Below are positions 62,240-64,000 of a DNA stretch of 64,000 bases, in pieces. A model generated the notes under the pieces. The model saw only the letters and a program-made list of their open reading frames with translations. It was not told where the DNA came from and did not search any database. Source of the stretch: Phyllobates terribilis (Eukaryota). The stretch spans positions 47,430,001-47,494,000 of the forward strand of contig NW_027362772.1 of the NCBI RefSeq assembly GCF_046119375.1, written 5' to 3'. Both the position numbers and the translations under genes were made by a program. Each line of letters starts with the position of its first letter. Position 1 is the first letter of the stretch.

Positions 62240-62355
62240 TTCATGGGCTTAGGGATAATAGACGATAGTTCATGGGCTTAGGGATACTAGACAATAGTTC
62301 ATGGGCTTAGGGATACTAGACAATAGTTCATGGGCTTAGGAATACTAGACAATAG
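62240..62355. repeat. 29-bp tandem repeat x4
   Basis: TTCATGGGCTTAGGGATACTAGACAATAG units. Confidence 0.9.
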
Positions 62356-62573
62356 AATGTCCCCAAATATACTTGCTTTTTTAGCCACCACTCGGCTGCC
62401 CGTATCCAGAATTTTTTAAAGTATGGCATCTTCCTGTAATAGAGGTAAATATTTAGGCAAAATATTTTTAATTGCATTGAATTGAGAACTATATTGCATA
62501 GATAATACTGGCTTGTTAATAGTTGTATTCTGATTTTTTAACACACCAGATATCAAATTAGAACATTCCTTGA

Positions 62574-62727
62574 ATAATTAAAATCCTCAATTTATTACAA
62601 AATAATTTAAAAGATGATACAGGTTGGGAATACATCTCAACGTGTTTCTGGCAAAAAGCCCTTATTCACTGAGAATTCACTGTATGATCTTTTAAATTAT
62701 TTTGCAATAAATTGAGGATTTTAATTA
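62574..62727. repeat. AT-rich inverted repeat, ~43-bp arms
   Basis: AATAATTAAAATCCTCAATTTATTACAAAATAATTTAAAAGAT / ATCTTTTAAATTATTTTGCAATAAATTGAGGATTTTAATTATT. Confidence 0.75.
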
Positions 62728-62879
62728 TTTTTGGGACTCATCAAAACTATTTTCTTATGTGAAGCTTTATGTCATGGCTACTGGTTGGAGACCAACAACA
62801 TTGCAAGACGGACTGAGTCATATACATAGGACACGATGAGGCTGCTTTTTTGTTTATTTACCTTAGAACATTTGTTGGT

Positions 62880-63413
62880 CTATAAAATGCCGTTGGCTCT
62901 GTCAAGCATCCAACCTGGATAGCCCCTACTTTTTAATTTGATGTTACTTCTTGTAATTTCCCCTTCCAAATCGATGGTATTGCTACAGTTACATTTAATG
63001 AGGATCAACTGACCAACCAGGATTGCTCTTATGGTATGACTAGTGTAATTACTGGACGCATGCAAAATTGTGTTACCCACAAGGGGTTCTGAAAAGGTAG
63101 AAGTGACAATATACACCCCCGGAACCCTCCAGATTGAGATCTAAAAAGGAAATAGAGTGTTCATTAAACATGGAGGTAAAAACCAGGCCCAGAGGATTGT
63201 CATTGGTGTAGGACACAAATTCCGGTATGGCAGATACATGGCGTCTCCAAATGAAGAGGATATCATCAATGTATCTGCCATACCAGAAAAGATTGCCAAG
63301 ATACGAATTAGTGGAAACATAGAGCCAGTTAAGTCCCAAGATGACATGACTAAGTTGGCAACTGAGGGCGAATATTTAGCCCTCTTTGCGTTGAAGAAAA
63401 AATTCATTGTCAA
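62880..63413 (-). mobile_element. Penelope-like retroelement RT/thumb fragment, decayed
   Basis: Across frames: AKYSPSVANLVM, YGRYIDDILFIW, SISFLDL, NTILHASSNYTSHTIRAILVGQL and KSRGYP, typical of Penelope-like element RT. Confidence 0.75.
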
Positions 63414-64000
63414 ACATGTAAAAGTTATTGTTCATCAGAAAATGTGTTACATGCAAAATATATGAACTGAGATCAGATGTGTAGTCACTGAAAAGGGACA
63501 AACGAAATCTCAATGCATTGAAGTCAACTTCATACGGAATACAGGTGTATAGAGATACAATGTCACAACTGAGCCATGTAAATCTTGAACATCACGTGAC
63601 ATGTGATAACTGATCTAGTACATGGCGTGAGTCTTTAAAAAACCCTGGTATTCTCTGTACTAGAGGTTGTAATAGCGAGTCAAGCCACTCTCCTATGCCT
63701 GAGACAAGATGTCTCATTGGGGGAGGATTTGTGGCTTTATGCACCTTGTGGAGACCATGCACAACAGGTAATTAAGGATGCTCCACAATTAAACAGTCCT
63801 TGTGTTTCTCTGTTATCACGCCCAAGGCTACACCCTCTTGGATAGCACTAAGTTTCTTTGGTTAAAGAAAGATGAGGGTTTAAATGAATCCTTTGGTAAG
63901 TTAATTCGTCTGACATGTTCAGCATTTGTGATTGGTAAATGTCAAAGTCCAAAACAACCACCAAGCCACCTTTATTGGATATTTTATAATGATGCCATCT

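Overview
Vertebrate genomic DNA, most likely from a frog (inferred from the repeat types, not proven). There is one intact host gene: a single-coding-exon chemerin-receptor-like (CMKLR1-like) class A GPCR on the minus strand (9780-10838). Almost everything else is transposon or tandem-repeat DNA. (1) 13.8-32.5 kb holds three 5.5-5.8 kb non-autonomous hAT elements built from nested palindromes. The outer two each have their own 8-bp target-site duplication (TSD). The middle one is a hybrid with two identical ends and mismatched TSDs, and comes with a duplicated 901-bp spacer. (2) 35.5-58.5 kb looks like a non-autonomous Helitron filled by about 12 kb of a G-rich GTGAGGGTGAGCGT-type satellite. 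(3) A 10.4-kb hAT element with the same ends (42661-53049, perfect TSD GTGAGCAT) is inserted in that satellite. It carries a BED-finger transposase with two lesions plus nested cargo: an 18S rRNA fragment, an L1 RT fragment split by an LTR-like element, and a decayed copy of its own transposase split by a Tc1 element. The very long His/Thr/Pro-rich ORFs are satellite artefacts. I see no new protein-coding system. The notable biology is the autonomous/giant-palindromic hAT pair and its rearrangements. All alignments were made by eye, and an assembly gap (33463-33590) means mis-assembly of the palindromic region cannot be excluded.
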